Below are positions 23,325 to 35,900 of a stretch of 39,753 nt of DNA, in pieces. The notes below the pieces were generated by a model. It saw only the letters and a program-made list of their open reading frames with translations. It ran no database searches and had not been told where the DNA came from. The stretch is from Craspedostauros australis (taxonomy: Eukaryota). The DNA lies in the NCBI GenBank assembly GCA_030167865.1, contig JALAGF010001698.1, positions 1 through 39,753 of the forward strand, read 5' to 3'. The position numbers and the translations under genes were made by a program. Every line of letters starts with the position of its first letter. Within the stretch, counting starts at the first letter, position 1.

Positions 23325-24917
23325 TGTATGGCGCGTTTCAAATTATGAGCTTGTTGAAGGGATGACAGATTGGAATTGAGAAATCGCAGTTCCTGTTCGT
23401 GGTGTGTTGCACATGTCGGTGCGGATTTGGACTCTCTCTTCCTCTTCCTCTCTGTCAGTCGGTCTCATCCTGTCATTTGGTACTGGTTTCGCCACCACGC
23501 TCACATGTGGGGGATGATGGGCCTTTTGTGGTCGTGTCGCTTTTGATGAGTCGTTTCTGATTTTGTGAGTAACTCCATCACCTCGAAAATAGCAATGAGC
23601 AAATCCTGCTTGGCGGCTCTACAAATGTGCGCAGATATTGCATAGAGGCACGCATGGTGATGAATAGTTAAGTGACAGATGTCGTATGGACATCCTATTC
23701 GTGATGCTTCTGCAATTGGAAATCAGTTTGTCGTTATATGAAGAGTTCGTCCGAGACATTCCTCCGACATCGAATCCGTCATGCAGGGGCTGCAAGATCA
23801 AATCCTACACGCACAGACGAGTTCGATACCGAACCAAAGCCGGGTTTGTGTCCTTTTGGAACTTTCCAATTTGTCACATCAAGGCATTCGACGGCTTTGC
23901 CGGGACGTTCACATGGGTCTCTCTGCGTGTGCGTGTAGTGGTGTTTGTGTGATGTCATGGTCTGAGAGTCGCACAAAGGTCACAAGAAGGGTGCATTTCT
24001 GCCTCGACGAAGACAAAAGGCATGCAGCAACTGTGATGTGCTGATGAAGCCTCCGTGTCACATTCTATTCTGCTTGGATGCCTTCCGGGTGGGGTTTGTC
24101 CATACCAGACATCGACAACTCCAAGAGAGAGAGAGAGAGAGAGAGAGAGGAGTTGACTGGAAGGGTCTCACCTTTTCTTGCGTTGATGCTGTTGATGCTG
24201 TTGATGCCATCTCATCGAGCGCACGAACTACGGCTCCGAGTAAAATGGTGTTGGGGCATCTCTTTTTGCACCAGAGAACTCGCAGCAGAGAGCCTCGATC
24301 CGTCTCGATGGTATTGCTGAGTACTATACGAGCTGCTTGTGTGGAATTGCGATGCCTCTCCGCATTGTTGCTTCATTGCACATTGACATTGTTGACGTGC
24401 AGCTGACGATGGCCACGGAGGGTAGTGGTGCGGAAGTCCCAGACAAAACCGCTAATGGTCTCCGTCAGCCAAGATTGTCGCGACGAAGGATGAGAGAGCC
24501 GTTCCATCCACGATTTGTGCCGCGCCGCGTCTCAACACTGTGGATTGTGACTTCCGTTTTGTCGTGGACACGTTGGCGAAATCACACTTTTTCTAGCACA
24601 CCGATTGCGACTGAAGGCACCTCCACGCACATCACCGATGGCAGAGAACAGTTGTTGCTTGTTGTACGACCTACTCGTATCAGTACGCGAACCATAGCAT
24701 GGCCTATTCAATCGCAGGCAACCATTGTATTATATGTCATTACACCATTTCAGAGATGTTATGCTCTGCTCTACTCTGCTCTACTCGTACTTTGCTCTCC
24801 TCTGCTAATATTGAAATATAATGGAATGCACAATACAACTCGTATGATGCACACTGTTTCATGGCTTCCTTCCATGCATGCAAGCGCACCTGCAAACGGT
24901 ACTCTCCTCTGCTATGC

Positions 24918-24946
<29 letters not shown>
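24918..24946. repeat. (AG)n microsatellite; another lies at ~24124-24149
   Basis: Read directly. Confidence 0.9.
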
Positions 24947-24949
<3 letters not shown>

Positions 24950-24964
24950 ACATGCATGAGTAGC

Positions 24965-27107
24965 CTAGATCTGCCTTTGCTTCTTGGTGACCGTGGCACT
25001 GCAAGATAGACCGTCTTTTCGCTTGGACTTTGCGGAACGCTTCGTCCTAGTTTCCGCCACTGACGTGCTGGGTCTTCTGGCGAGGAGGTTGCGGACCTTG
25101 TTCTGGATCAACTCATACTCGGCCTCCTGCCACAGGCCATGGAGTCCTCGGTGCTTCTCGCACGGTCGCAGGAATCGCATCCCCCTCGCTTTCATCTGAT
25201 CGATCAGCCATCTAGCGAAGACTCTCTTGGTTTGATCGGACTTGAGCTCGTGGTAATCTGTCTCGTGCTCTTTTGCAAACGAGGCGAAGCGCAAGTTGCC
25301 AACGTGCTTTTGGTGGTTCTGTCCACGATGGCAAATGACGTCATCCACTCGGATGAATTCGATCAGGCTGCTGGCGAGCACGAAGCTGGGATGCAGTTCC
25401 ATCCATCGACGGCGTTTCAACCATTTGGTGTAGTGCTTCTTGTCGAATTTCCCGCCTTCACCATCAATCGGGAGGACGTGGACCGGAACGCCATCGCGGC
25501 TGAGAACTCGAGAAGCGACTTCATGAGAGCCTGGAGAACGAATGGTTTGAGATCAAATGCGCACCCGTACGCGTGACAGTGAGTATCATGAGAGCAAGTG
25601 GCAATCGAAGACGGCGAACGTATTCACGTGTAGATTGTGTATTGTATAACATGCCATACGAATATGTGTGAGTCATGATACTTGGATGAAGGGACAATAG
25701 AATAATGTAGAACAAAGCAGAGCAGAGCAGAGCACCCCAGCGTGTGGTGCGCAATGCTTTGCTCTCGCGATGGAGAAGCAACGATTCAGACTGCGGTGCC
25801 AGCTCCATCAATTCTGATTTATGACTAGTCATGATCATCTCACCGGTGAGATTTATTGTTCCAAGATTCTCGGCTCAAACAGTGCTCGCATGGTGCTCGC
25901 ACGCGGACAGTACTCGTGTGTGAGTGTACGAGCAGGTGCGAGAGGTCAGGCACTGGTTCGCAGTTCGTCACCACACTCCGCTTCACTCGCTGTGCTCACG
26001 CCACTATATTCTGCTCTCCAATACCATAGAATATGCATCATACATGCATGCACACATACGCAAACGAAAACACAAACGCACATCCTTCACAATCCCGTTG
26101 GCTTACCATAGACGGGCTTGAATCGGCGCCGCGCAGATACCGGCATACTCCACGCGACGAGGTCGACGGCTGGCTGCAACTCTGGAGTGTTGTAGCAGTA
26201 GTGCAGGGCGGCAATTCTGATTGGGAGTGCGTGCAACAGTCTGCAGCCGGCCCACCAGACCGCGCGGTCGCGCTCGTGGTGGTGGGATTTGAAGCCGAGT
26301 CCATAGCAGACATACACGATGCCTTTCTCTTGTTGTTCGGTATTGTCTTGCATCAGCGCCATCAAGTAGTACCAGAGCAGCCGTCCCTTCAGAAGTAGAA
26401 TATAATGCGATATTAATATTGCGATGGTGAACGAATACGAACATCAAGATGAGCATGAACTTGGCCAAGAGCATTGTTGATCCGAAAGGTCATGCAGCCG
26501 CACATGTTAAGATGCGCCCTTGTATCATCATCGTCATCACCAACAACACCAACAACACCAATGGCAATGACCAGTGCAAAATAGCGCGCGACTTTGAACT
26601 TACATTGAACTTGGCGGGATCGTTCGTCCGAAAGTACCCTCCGTGCTCCGTCTCCATCGCAAAGATGACAATGCGACCTGCGTTGTCCAGCAACGGCAAC
26701 GCCTGGATGGTTCCGCTGGAATGCAGTACCTCTCTGCCTTGCGCGTCCAGATCATCCATCGTGATCCTCTCCTCCGTGAGCTTCTCCAAACCCCACCATT
26801 CGAGTTTTAGCGCAAAATGCAAGACCACGCGATGCGCCGCGGGGAGAGGCTGAAAGTTCTCGCAACGCAGAAATAGGAGGCACGAATTCAGTACGTACTG
26901 TGGATTCTGCCGCATTGCAAGGTCGTAAGCCGGCTTGTCGGGGATGCGAGCCAAGCAGAGCTGGAGCTGACACATTGCCGTTGCCACGTCCGTGCGCACT
27001 TGGTCGGTGGGTGGCGGTTGCGCCATGGCCTCTTGCAGCACTTCGTTGGCCGAAGGCACTGTTTCAGCCGGTGGTGGCGCGGCCTTCGAAATTGCGTGCT
27101 GTGCCAT
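24965..27107 (-). CDS. CRAL-TRIO-like / DUF6824 protein (~449 aa); exons 27107-26604, 26386-26107, 25530-24965
   Basis: Donors GTAAGT (26603) and GTAAGC (26106) and acceptors at 26387 and 25531 give an uninterrupted frame: LFLRCENF..AAHRVVLHF..K, DNAGRIV, QEKGIVYV, LPIRIAALHYCY, FKPVYG|SHE..LP, then the DUF6824 motif DDVICHRG..HVGNLRF..GMRFL. Confidence 0.8.
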
Positions 27108-27655
27108 AGTTATGTTTGGCGGATGCTCAAATTATGACATGCATGGCGGTTGGGTCGTGATCATCGTCCACTCGCAGGCGTGGACGGCGCCTTTGTTTCA
27201 CTCATGGAGTTTGAAGGCATTCACATCGCGTGCGATGTGGAATAGCAGTATTACATGTGCATCTGGGTCTTAATAGAAGACTGCGATGATCGCACACTTT
27301 TCGAGAAAGACAAATAAGGCGTTTGGGTTGGGCGCTGTCGATGTGTTTGGAATGTTGCGGCTACTCATCGTCGAGGAATGTGCCCAACGGTGCCGTGGGA
27401 TTCATAAGAATGCGGTAAAATTCGATAATCTGATATTTATTCTTCCACCAACACGACTCCATCGACAAACAACCCATCCATCATCGGCGGAATTGTGCTA
27501 GTGTTCCACACAGAGCGCCCTGATCGCGTACTATACGAGCATCTACGACCCAAGGCTGCCGTTTGCGTGCGTCCAAACATCGCGGAGTTGCGAAGACTAT
27601 GATATGTATTGTATTGCTCTATCGATTGGCTCTATTATATACAGATGTCCGCGAC

Positions 27656-29104
27656 CTACTCCCCGAACACCCGATCGAAGGCGGTGCGCCGCAAGTATTG
27701 CGACACGTCCACGGTGGAGGGTTGCTTCCCGCCCGGCAGCATCCACGGCGATGCCTGTTCGGTTGCGTAATGTTGCCCCACGAGCTTGCTGCGCTGCTTC
27801 TTGCCATTGACAAAGGTGATCTTGGCCTTCGTGTTGGACCCCAAGAAGGGCTGCACCAGGTTCCACAGCATGGCGAAGCTGGAGGGCGCGTCGAGGATGA
27901 AGATCTTGTGGACCTGACCGGCGTAATGATTGCGCAGCGCCAACATGAATTCCTTGCCGATTTCCATGGGCGGGGAATGCTTCCAGGCTGAAAAACCGGC
28001 GCAATCCACGACGGCGTTGATGGTTGGGAAGTCGTCATTGTTGTCGTTGTCGTCATTGGTGCTTGCGGCAGCTCGCTCGCGGTGTCGTCGCGCCGAGCAG
28101 GCGATGGCACGTTCCATCGTGTAGACGGCCTCCTTCAACGTCCATTCCTTGTCGTGTCCCTTGACGCAACGTGGTCGGAAGATGAAGGTGGCGCGCCCGT
28201 CCTTATCGTATCCTTGCACGTACATCTTTTCGGAAGATAGGTGATGATGCAGCTTTTGCTGAATGTGTTGTCGCTTGGATTGAGAGGGCGATGATGATGA
28301 TGATGAGCCTTCCGTGGTGCTCTCCGTGAGATCGTCGCCACCGTCATCATTGTCGTTGTTGTCTGCAGTTGCATCGAATGCCGTCATCAGATCCGCGACG
28401 TTCTTCTCCTTGCGGAATTGCAAAGTCGAACGCAGCTTCTTGAGCGCCAGCTTCTTGTTGCCCTTCTTGGATGCGAGGTAGCGATGCGCGATGGTCGTCG
28501 CGTACTTGCGCTGTTGGTCCTGCGATGCCATGTTTTTGGCGGTGTACTGCGTCAAGTACTCATAATCGGTGGCGGCCGCCAACTGGAGCTCGTCTTGCGT
28601 GAGCTGATCCAGAATCCAGTTGATCTTTTGCTTGATGATATCGTTCTCATCCTCGCTTGTGGCGGTGGTGTCATTGTCATCATCGCTGTCATCGTCATCC
28701 AGATGGAGGAGATGGCGAGTGGATTTATGGAGGTTGGAGAGGGATGTCTGCATGGTAATGGACAAGCGACGGACGGATTCTCCCACGGCGCCCAAGGATC
28801 CCTTGTACAAGAGACGGCGATCAACTGGGCGGATGGGTGTGCTGTCGGCTGGTGGTGGTGGTGGTAGCGATGTCGGAGTTGCTGCTGTCTCTGTCTCTTC
28901 CTCCCTGATGTCTGTGCAGTTTGTGACAGCAACAGATCTTGTGCCAGCAGATCGTTGCAATTGTGGTCGTTGGTTGGTGGACATGGAGGCGAGGTCGTCT
29001 GTGTTGTTGTTGCTGCTGTTGTTGTTGTCATTGACAATGTTGCTGTTGCTTTGTTTCCCCGCTTCTGCTGCTGGTTGGGACATGATGGATGCGAAGAAGT
29101 TCAT
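27656..29104 (-). CDS. CRAL-TRIO (Sec14/Pdr16-like) domain protein, 482 aa
   Basis: HRYLASKKG..ALKKLRSTLQFRKE, MYVQGYDKDGRA, VYTMERAI, AVVDCAGFS, LRNHYAGQVHKIFILDAPSSFAMLWNLVQPFL..TKAKI. Confidence 0.9.
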   Translation of the reverse strand: MNFFASIMSQPAAEAGKQSNSNIVNDNNNSSNNNTDDLASMSTNQRPQLQRSAGTRSVAVTNCTDIREEETETAATPTSLPPPPPADSTPIRPVDRRLLYKGSLGAVGESVRRLSITMQTSLSNLHKSTRHLLHLDDDDSDDDNDTTATSEDENDIIKQKINWILDQLTQDELQLAAATDYEYLTQYTAKNMASQDQQRKYATTIAHRYLASKKGNKKLALKKLRSTLQFRKEKNVADLMTAFDATADNNDNDDGGDDLTESTTEGSSSSSSPSQSKRQHIQQKLHHHLSSEKMYVQGYDKDGRATFIFRPRCVKGHDKEWTLKEAVYTMERAIACSARRHRERAAASTNDDNDNNDDFPTINAVVDCAGFSAWKHSPPMEIGKEFMLALRNHYAGQVHKIFILDAPSSFAMLWNLVQPFLGSNTKAKITFVNGKKQRSKLVGQHYATEQASPWMLPGGKQPSTVDVSQYLRRTAFDRVFGE

Positions 29105-29885
29105 GATTGCTCTGATCTATTCTATTCTATTGCCGATTGTCTCTGTTGGTACCGCCGATTGCTGTGGATGTGATTGTTTTTGCTGTTTGCGTTCTTTGGC
29201 TTGTGCAGTTTGGCGCTTGAGAGGGGGGCACACTTGCTTTGGTGATTCGAATGTAACGGGCGCTGAGGTGGCGAGGTTGTTGGGGATGTTTGGATTGTGC
29301 GTTCGTGAGGGAGCGAGTTGTCTTTGTTAGATTTTGTGAGAACATCGAATTCAATTCTGGCAAAGTCCACGAACACAACCACACAAGACCATGCAACCGC
29401 GTGGATGCTTGTGTGCGTCTCCTGCCTTAGCTGTTGCGCTGTCCAGAACGAGCACTATACAAGATCCGTCTCTTGTGCTCCTCGACTCTTTTTGATCGTC
29501 CCAAGACAGATGAGTAGTCGTGCCAAATCGTGGTGACTCGTGACTTGTGTCTTGACAAGACCCGAATGGCGAAGTGGACAAGCAATCACGAAGCAGATGA
29601 CCGCGTCACCACATCACGACATGTCACGCACGTGTTGATGTTGATGTTGATGTGCGCGCCTCCAACATCGCAGAAGAAAGGAGTGAGAGTGAGGGCAAAA
29701 GTGAGCCATCATCATTGTTCTCCAGAGCACCACTCGTCATTCGACAACACCAACAAGCGTTGAGGAAGGAACGATTGACCAAGATCTCCAACTCCGTTTT
29801 CGGCTTTGGCAGATTAGGAGCAGCAGGAGCAACAGAAGAACAAATCAAGTGCACCGACGAGTATTCTACAATATTTGGAACAACA

Positions 29886-30617
29886 ATGGCATTGGACCAT
29901 GAAAGAACGGAAGGCGATGCCACAGATCCTCCACAAAAGCGGCAACATGTGGAGAGCGCAGCAGCAACGGTTGATGACGCAGCATCCCATCGATCAGTGA
30001 CAACGCCTCCAACCCTGCCCGATTGGGCAGCGAAGGACTGGGGACATCGACTGGTCGTGGACGAATGGAAGGAATACGAAAAGCAGAAGGAGGAGGAGGA
30101 GGACGACAACACGTCCCAATCCTACCGCAAATGCAACGGCTGGTTGGGACACGACTTGGTCCACGACCGCCACGCCCCCGTCCGCATTCTGCGCTACTAC
30201 CTGCAGGACAAGATGCTGACGGGCATCGTGCATTTCACCAAATACGCCGAATCGCACCAAGGCTTCTGCCACGGCGGGTCCATGTGCAGCGTCCTCGATG
30301 ATGTCATCGGCTGGGCCGGATTCTGCGCCACGGGAACGTGCCGTCCTTGGACCGGCTTCACGGTGCAGATCAACAGCGCGTTGCGGCAACCGATTGCGGT
30401 CGGCAGTGTGCTGCTCGTGCAGGCCAACATCGTGTCGATCGAACGGCGTAAAGTGTCGGTGCGGGCGCGCATTGTGAATCCGGGGCGGTTGTCGGGGAAG
30501 CCAGATGGCGATGGTGACGATGGCGACCATAATAATGATGGATTTGCCAAGGGGTTGGTGCATGCCGAAGGAGATGGGTTGGTCATCCTCAATCGCGGCG
30601 TTCTACCAGGGTCGTGA
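29886..30617 (+). CDS. Hotdog-fold acyl-CoA thioesterase (PaaI/THEM4-like), ~243 aa
   Basis: ESHQGFCHGGSMCSVLDDVIG motif, GFTVQIN..LRQPI, ERRKV, HAEGDGLVI. First in-frame ATG at 29886. Confidence 0.85.
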   Translation: MALDHERTEGDATDPPQKRQHVESAAATVDDAASHRSVTTPPTLPDWAAKDWGHRLVVDEWKEYEKQKEEEEDDNTSQSYRKCNGWLGHDLVHDRHAPVRILRYYLQDKMLTGIVHFTKYAESHQGFCHGGSMCSVLDDVIGWAGFCATGTCRPWTGFTVQINSALRQPIAVGSVLLVQANIVSIERRKVSVRARIVNPGRLSGKPDGDGDDGDHNNDGFAKGLVHAEGDGLVILNRGVLPGS

Positions 30618-30878
30618 GGCAAACGACTCTCAGAGCCATGGCGTTGCTGCATGATCGGCTATGCAATTGTTAAACAAGAATACTCCAGAGAGAGTGTGAA
30701 GATTGCATCACTTGTAACGGTCGGAACATCTAAATTTAGGGCAGCCGGCTACTCCATTGCGCGTCGCCGGGCCACCCGTGTGCGCGGTTGCTTGGTTTTG
30801 CTTGTGGCATATGTGTACGGGTACATATAGTACACGTATGATACGCATTCCATCCAATTCACGCTCATGTATTTTGCC

Positions 30879-32973
30879 TTAGTTGGTCGAATTGGAAATC
30901 ACAACCAGCTGTTCAACGATGTCGTTGCGAATGCAGTAAGATTGCTGACCCAAATCCAAGGCATCCTCGTGCAGGATGGCTCCCATGATGCCACCCGTCA
31001 GCACGACGTACGGAGCCTGCACGCCGAAGATGACGGCCATCGTCAGGGCCGTGCAGAAGATCATGGCGTCGGCCGCATCGATGATGGCGGATTCCCACAA
31101 CGTCACGCAGGCTGCGCCGACAAATCCGATGGCCGTGGCGTTGACGCCCTTCAGAATGGCCTTGAAAGATTTGACGTGTCGCAGACGGGCCCAGAACGGG
31201 ACCATGCCGAAGATGAGGATGACACCGGGTCCGAACAGTCCGACGTAGGCGACGAGAGCGCCGGGTACGCCCTCGTAGACGGCACCGAGGTAGGACGAGA
31301 AGTTGAAGAGCGGTCCCGGCATGGATTGGGCCAGTCCGAGACCCTGCAGGAACTGATCCTTCGTCATCCACTTGGGTACGACCTCGTCTTGCAGCATGGG
31401 AAGGACGACCTGTCCACCGCCAAAGATGATGGAACCGATGCGGTACATGGTCTCGAAGATTTCGAGGTACTTGTTCTCCACCTCGAAGACGTCTACGAGG
31501 ACGATGCAAGCAATGAGCACGAGCAACCAGGTGAGGAAGTACATCGCTCCGGCCGGTAGCGAAATTCCAATGCGCTTCATGGTCTCGTCTGATTCTCTGT
31601 CCCATCCCTTCGACGGGCTCTTGTAGTTGGAAAACGGCGTCTCGCGCTTGTGATCGAAGTAGGTGACGAGGCCTCCGCAGACGAGGCAGATTGGGAAGAC
31701 GAACTGGCTGGAAGTGGCATCGATACGAGCGTCGTTGTTGATGAGGATGGCGACGAGGCAAGAGCACAGGGCGAGGTAGATTCCGAGGGTGTCGAGCTTC
31801 ATTCCGAATCCGTAGAAGGCCTTGAAGACGAGCGAAATGGCGGCCGGTGGCAATCCAGCCAACCAGAATGGCGGATCGTCCGCGTCCACGAATTCTGCTA
31901 GCAGTACACCGCACTGCATGAGTATAATTGAGCCGAGGGAGGGCATGAGTGAGTGAGAGCATTCACGAAAATGAATGGATCATTGGACCATTGATTGTAT
32001 GAATGAGTCATCGCATGATTGAAGAATACAAAGCGTGAGTGATGGAATGAAGATTGGTACATCGAGGGACATGCACGGAATTCAGAGCAAATCACTAAAC
32101 AAGAAAAGTTTCATGAATACACTCTCGATTGTTCATAGCACAGTTCAACGTACCGTCGTCAGAATGATCAATCCTGGAAGATTCCACAAGAAGAAGGCCA
32201 TCAATCCTCCCAACGGTCCCGCACGGCTGAGAGCTGTGCTGATGACGAGCTGGGTGGAGGTCGGTCCTGGCAGACCCTGTCCGATGGCGAACAATTCCGT
32301 GAACTGCTCCTCATCCAGCCAATCTCTTTGGACGACCAAGTGATCTCGCAGGATGGCAACGTGAGCCTGTTGTTGAGTTTGACAGAATAGTGTGGAATAG
32401 AGAAGAAAAATGAAGGTTCGGAAACGCGTGAGTGAGCCGACTTGGATTATTGATGATCGGACTCTGACGAATGAGGGTTTTGCATGTGTACGTATGTTCG
32501 CACGAAGTGGCGAAGCACTTTTGTTTTCGCTTGGCATCATCCATAGCATCATCAATGAACCTGCTCCATTGCACTACTATCGATGGACCACCAAATGAGA
32601 CCTTCCACAACATTCAATGCAATGATTGCCCAACAAAGATCACCACGACATTGCATCGCAACGCATCGTAATGTAACGCGATGTAATGTACTGCGAGAGC
32701 AATGACATTCCAACGTACTTGGGGACCACCAAATGCGACAAGTCCCAACGGCCAGAAGGTGGAGAAGACTTCCCACATGCGCTCCGACCATGGTGCATCG
32801 GCGGAGACCTTCATGTGCACTCGCTTGTCGTCGCCTTCGTCATTCTCGCCGCTCTCTTCATCCTTCTTGGTGGTTTCCTGCACGCCTTCCTCCTCAGTCT
32901 TCTCCTGCACGCCTTCCTCCTCAGTCTTCTCCTGCAGCTCCTTCTCAATGTTCTCCTCTTCTGGCACCGTCAT
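30879..32973 (-). CDS. chrA: Chromate ion transporter (CHR family, long-chain), ~500 aa; exons 32973-32719, 32366-32154, 31913-30879
   Basis: Two CHR repeats: LGLVAFGGPQAH..QRDWLDEEQFTELFAIGQGLPGPTSTQ and IGSIIFGGGQVVLPML..WMTKDQFLQGLGLAQSMPGPLFN. Both introns are GTACGT..CAG, phase 0. Confidence 0.92.
32878..32935. repeat. 27-bp tandem duplication in chrA exon 1 (QEKTEEEGV x2)
   Basis: ctgcacgccttcctcctcagtcttctc repeated twice. Confidence 0.85.
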
Positions 32974-35900
32974 TGTTGGATGTCTGATGTGTTGGATGCT
33001 GTTGTTGCGTTAGGGGTGTTTTGTGGTAATGTGTGCACCACACTTGCTTGCTCTCTCTCGATGTAGTTCAAGGTTCCTTGAGTGTAGCGCAAGTATGTTG
33101 ATGTTGATGTGAATGTTTGACGTGATTGTTTGATGTGAAAGTGAATGACCACATTCGTACATTCCTCCGTGCGTCAACAGGGTTGAAGCAACGAGTGACA
33201 GTTCCAGCCAAGAACAAAGCAAACCACCACAAACCAAAAACCGAGATTCAGTGGAGATACTTGGGTGGCGGCGGGAGGTGAACGATGCTGTGTGTTCGTG
33301 AAGCGCCGGAGGATGACGAAAAACACGATGTCCACTTGGATGGCTGTCGCTGGCGTTGCGAACGGTGCTGCTCCTTGACATGTCGTTCCCAATGTCCCTT
33401 TCTCCAAACCGATTAATTATTTGACATTATTTACCGTCTGATACGACGTATTAATGTCTTGGTTATCCGTCCGACATGTCACACAATTGGAACTTCGAAT
33501 CTTCCAGATTCGATTGCTGACACATTGCTGACGTCGCGGAATGAATGTGTGTTCTTTTTGATCAGTTCCGAATTGATCGGCTGAGTCAACATCGGCCACC
33601 GCATTTCGCTGTGTTGGCAAGTTCGAGTCTGCTGCTGGTCGCACCTGCAACTGCATCGAATGCGGTTGGAACTGCGATGGGCTCGATCGGCTCTGATGGG
33701 TTGCAAACCTGGAAAGTAGAGACGTGTGCAAGTCTATTCGAAACTGCATTTCTATCACTGGGATAGCTTCCAGTTGCTCCCAAAATGGAACTCGAACCTG
33801 TCTGCTTCATCTCGGGCAGACGAGAACTCAAGCCCAGCGCTCGCCTTGCCAAGTTTGATGAAATGGTGACGTTGCTGCAGCCGAGATCTTTTGGAAGCGA
33901 GCCACCTGGTGATGTTGACGAAGTCATCGATACGCAGAGTACAGAGTAGAGTGCTCAAGTGCACAGTGTGCTATCCTCCGCTGCGCGCTCTACATGATGC
34001 TCTAGATTCGTCTCCAAGGGTGTCCCGTTTTACTGCTGTCAATACAACAGATACCTATCATACAGTATCATAATGCCGGTGGTACTCAACACTCCCATTC
34101 AATTATGATTTATTTGTACTTTACCGCAGACTACATAGAATCGGAGTATCACCTATTTTTGCAAGACTCAAGTCGATATGACGTCATGTTTCGCCGAACT
34201 TTAGACCCATTCGATCAAACGCAGATGATTCGTTTGGCTAGTACTCGTGGCTCGACAGTCTACGCTGCGAGAAGTAGGCCCAGTTCTTCACCACAGCCAG
34301 ACATCTATTCATAAACTACAGCATTGGTACCTCGTGTGTATGGTATCGCACCCAGGAGGCAAGAAAGTATGCATCCAGTCTCTGATTTGATAGCGCAGAT
34401 AGTCTCTCGAAATGACCATTCCATCTGTGAGAACTGGAATGTGGCACGATCTGTTCCGCAAGATCTATGTCCAAAGAGCAAAAAGACATGAGAAAGCGTT
34501 GCGGAGTGGAGCGCGTCGTTGCGGGGCGGAGATCAATCCTGCCGTGGGAGATCTTGCTGTTGTGCTCGATCGTGATGACGACACCAACGCATTCGTATCG
34601 TATGCTTCCAAGGCGAACACAGACTTTCGTTTGTTTCTCATCCTGGCGACTACACTGACCGAAGTGTGCGAGAACACGCATCAGAGTAGTCGAATCTGTC
34701 ACTCGGTTGAAGCCGTCGATGATCTTGGTGGGTAAATCGTGGTCTTGCGCCGAAGTCTTGGATCTTTTCGATCCACGAAAGATGACAAAATTAGAGAATT
34801 CTCGCAAGCAGCCACTTCCCGGTTTCAACCACCCACGAAGACAGAGATGTGACACCTGTGCAGATTTAGTGCCAATTCCCGAATCTGGCCGAATCCGAAC
34901 TATGAGTGTCGATGGACAGACGATACCACACAAACCACGCGTAGGATCCACGTTGAGCAAATGACCGCTCCGCACAGTCATAATATATTTCAGAACAGAC
35001 AGGTTTCACCCCCCAACACCTCCGGTCACGTGAAAAAAACCTGCACAACACCGGTTTGGTTTGCTCCGAAATCGCAAAAAGTTGTTCGGAGGAATCAAAT
35101 GCTGAGCGTTTCGTGAACAAAATTGTACGCGAACAGCGCCTTTGTGGCACTGTATCAGTCCCTATTAGTCTACCACTCGATAATGTTGAGTCTACTACCC
35201 TCGGTTGCGTTTGCCACTGATGAACAATCTTCAATGAATTTGTCGTATCATTTATGTGACTATCACTCTCTGTTGTTGAATTCCATGCTTCGTTGCTTTG
35301 CATCTGCGTTCTTAGAGGCTTGTCATTCTCTGCCAAGGTGTCCTCGTCCGTTGAGAAGTTCGAAAGTGCTCGTCACAAACCCAAACACTCTCTCCACTCT
35401 TAACCATCTCCAGCATGAGCAAGAAGACTTGGAACAACGTTTATGAGAAACTTGCTTGCAAACGTGCCAGACTTGCATTCATCAACACAGCAACCAGCCT
35501 AATTGACATGCGTGAGCAGTCTACATCTGGACAGAAGAGCGCAGTCTACAACGAAAGAATTTTGTGATTGGTCAGTTCCGAAATTGCTACACGTGGAAGA
35601 CCTTTTCGCGGGACTCGATGAAATCGGGAAGAATTGATTATCCCGGTTTCGAGAGCCCATTTGAAACCGGATTCCGATTTCGTTTTTTGGGGCGACCCCA
35701 CAAGAAATGTCTCTATCTGGTTATGGTTCCTCCGCGGGACTCCGAAATCGGGCTGCGAGAATTCTCTATTGAACAGGAACGAATCGCAACCAAGATCTTG
35801 ATAGTTCCAGCGGAAGCAAGAACCTCCACGCATGGGCTCTCTGACCTTCGCCAAACAGCTGAACACCAAAGAGGATCCGGAGCAGAGTCTCTCTAGAGAG

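Noticed and set aside
34316-34400. HWYLVCMVSHPG resembling a Ulp1/C48 protease motif
   Set aside because: The frame closes within about 20 codons and no other catalytic motifs are present.
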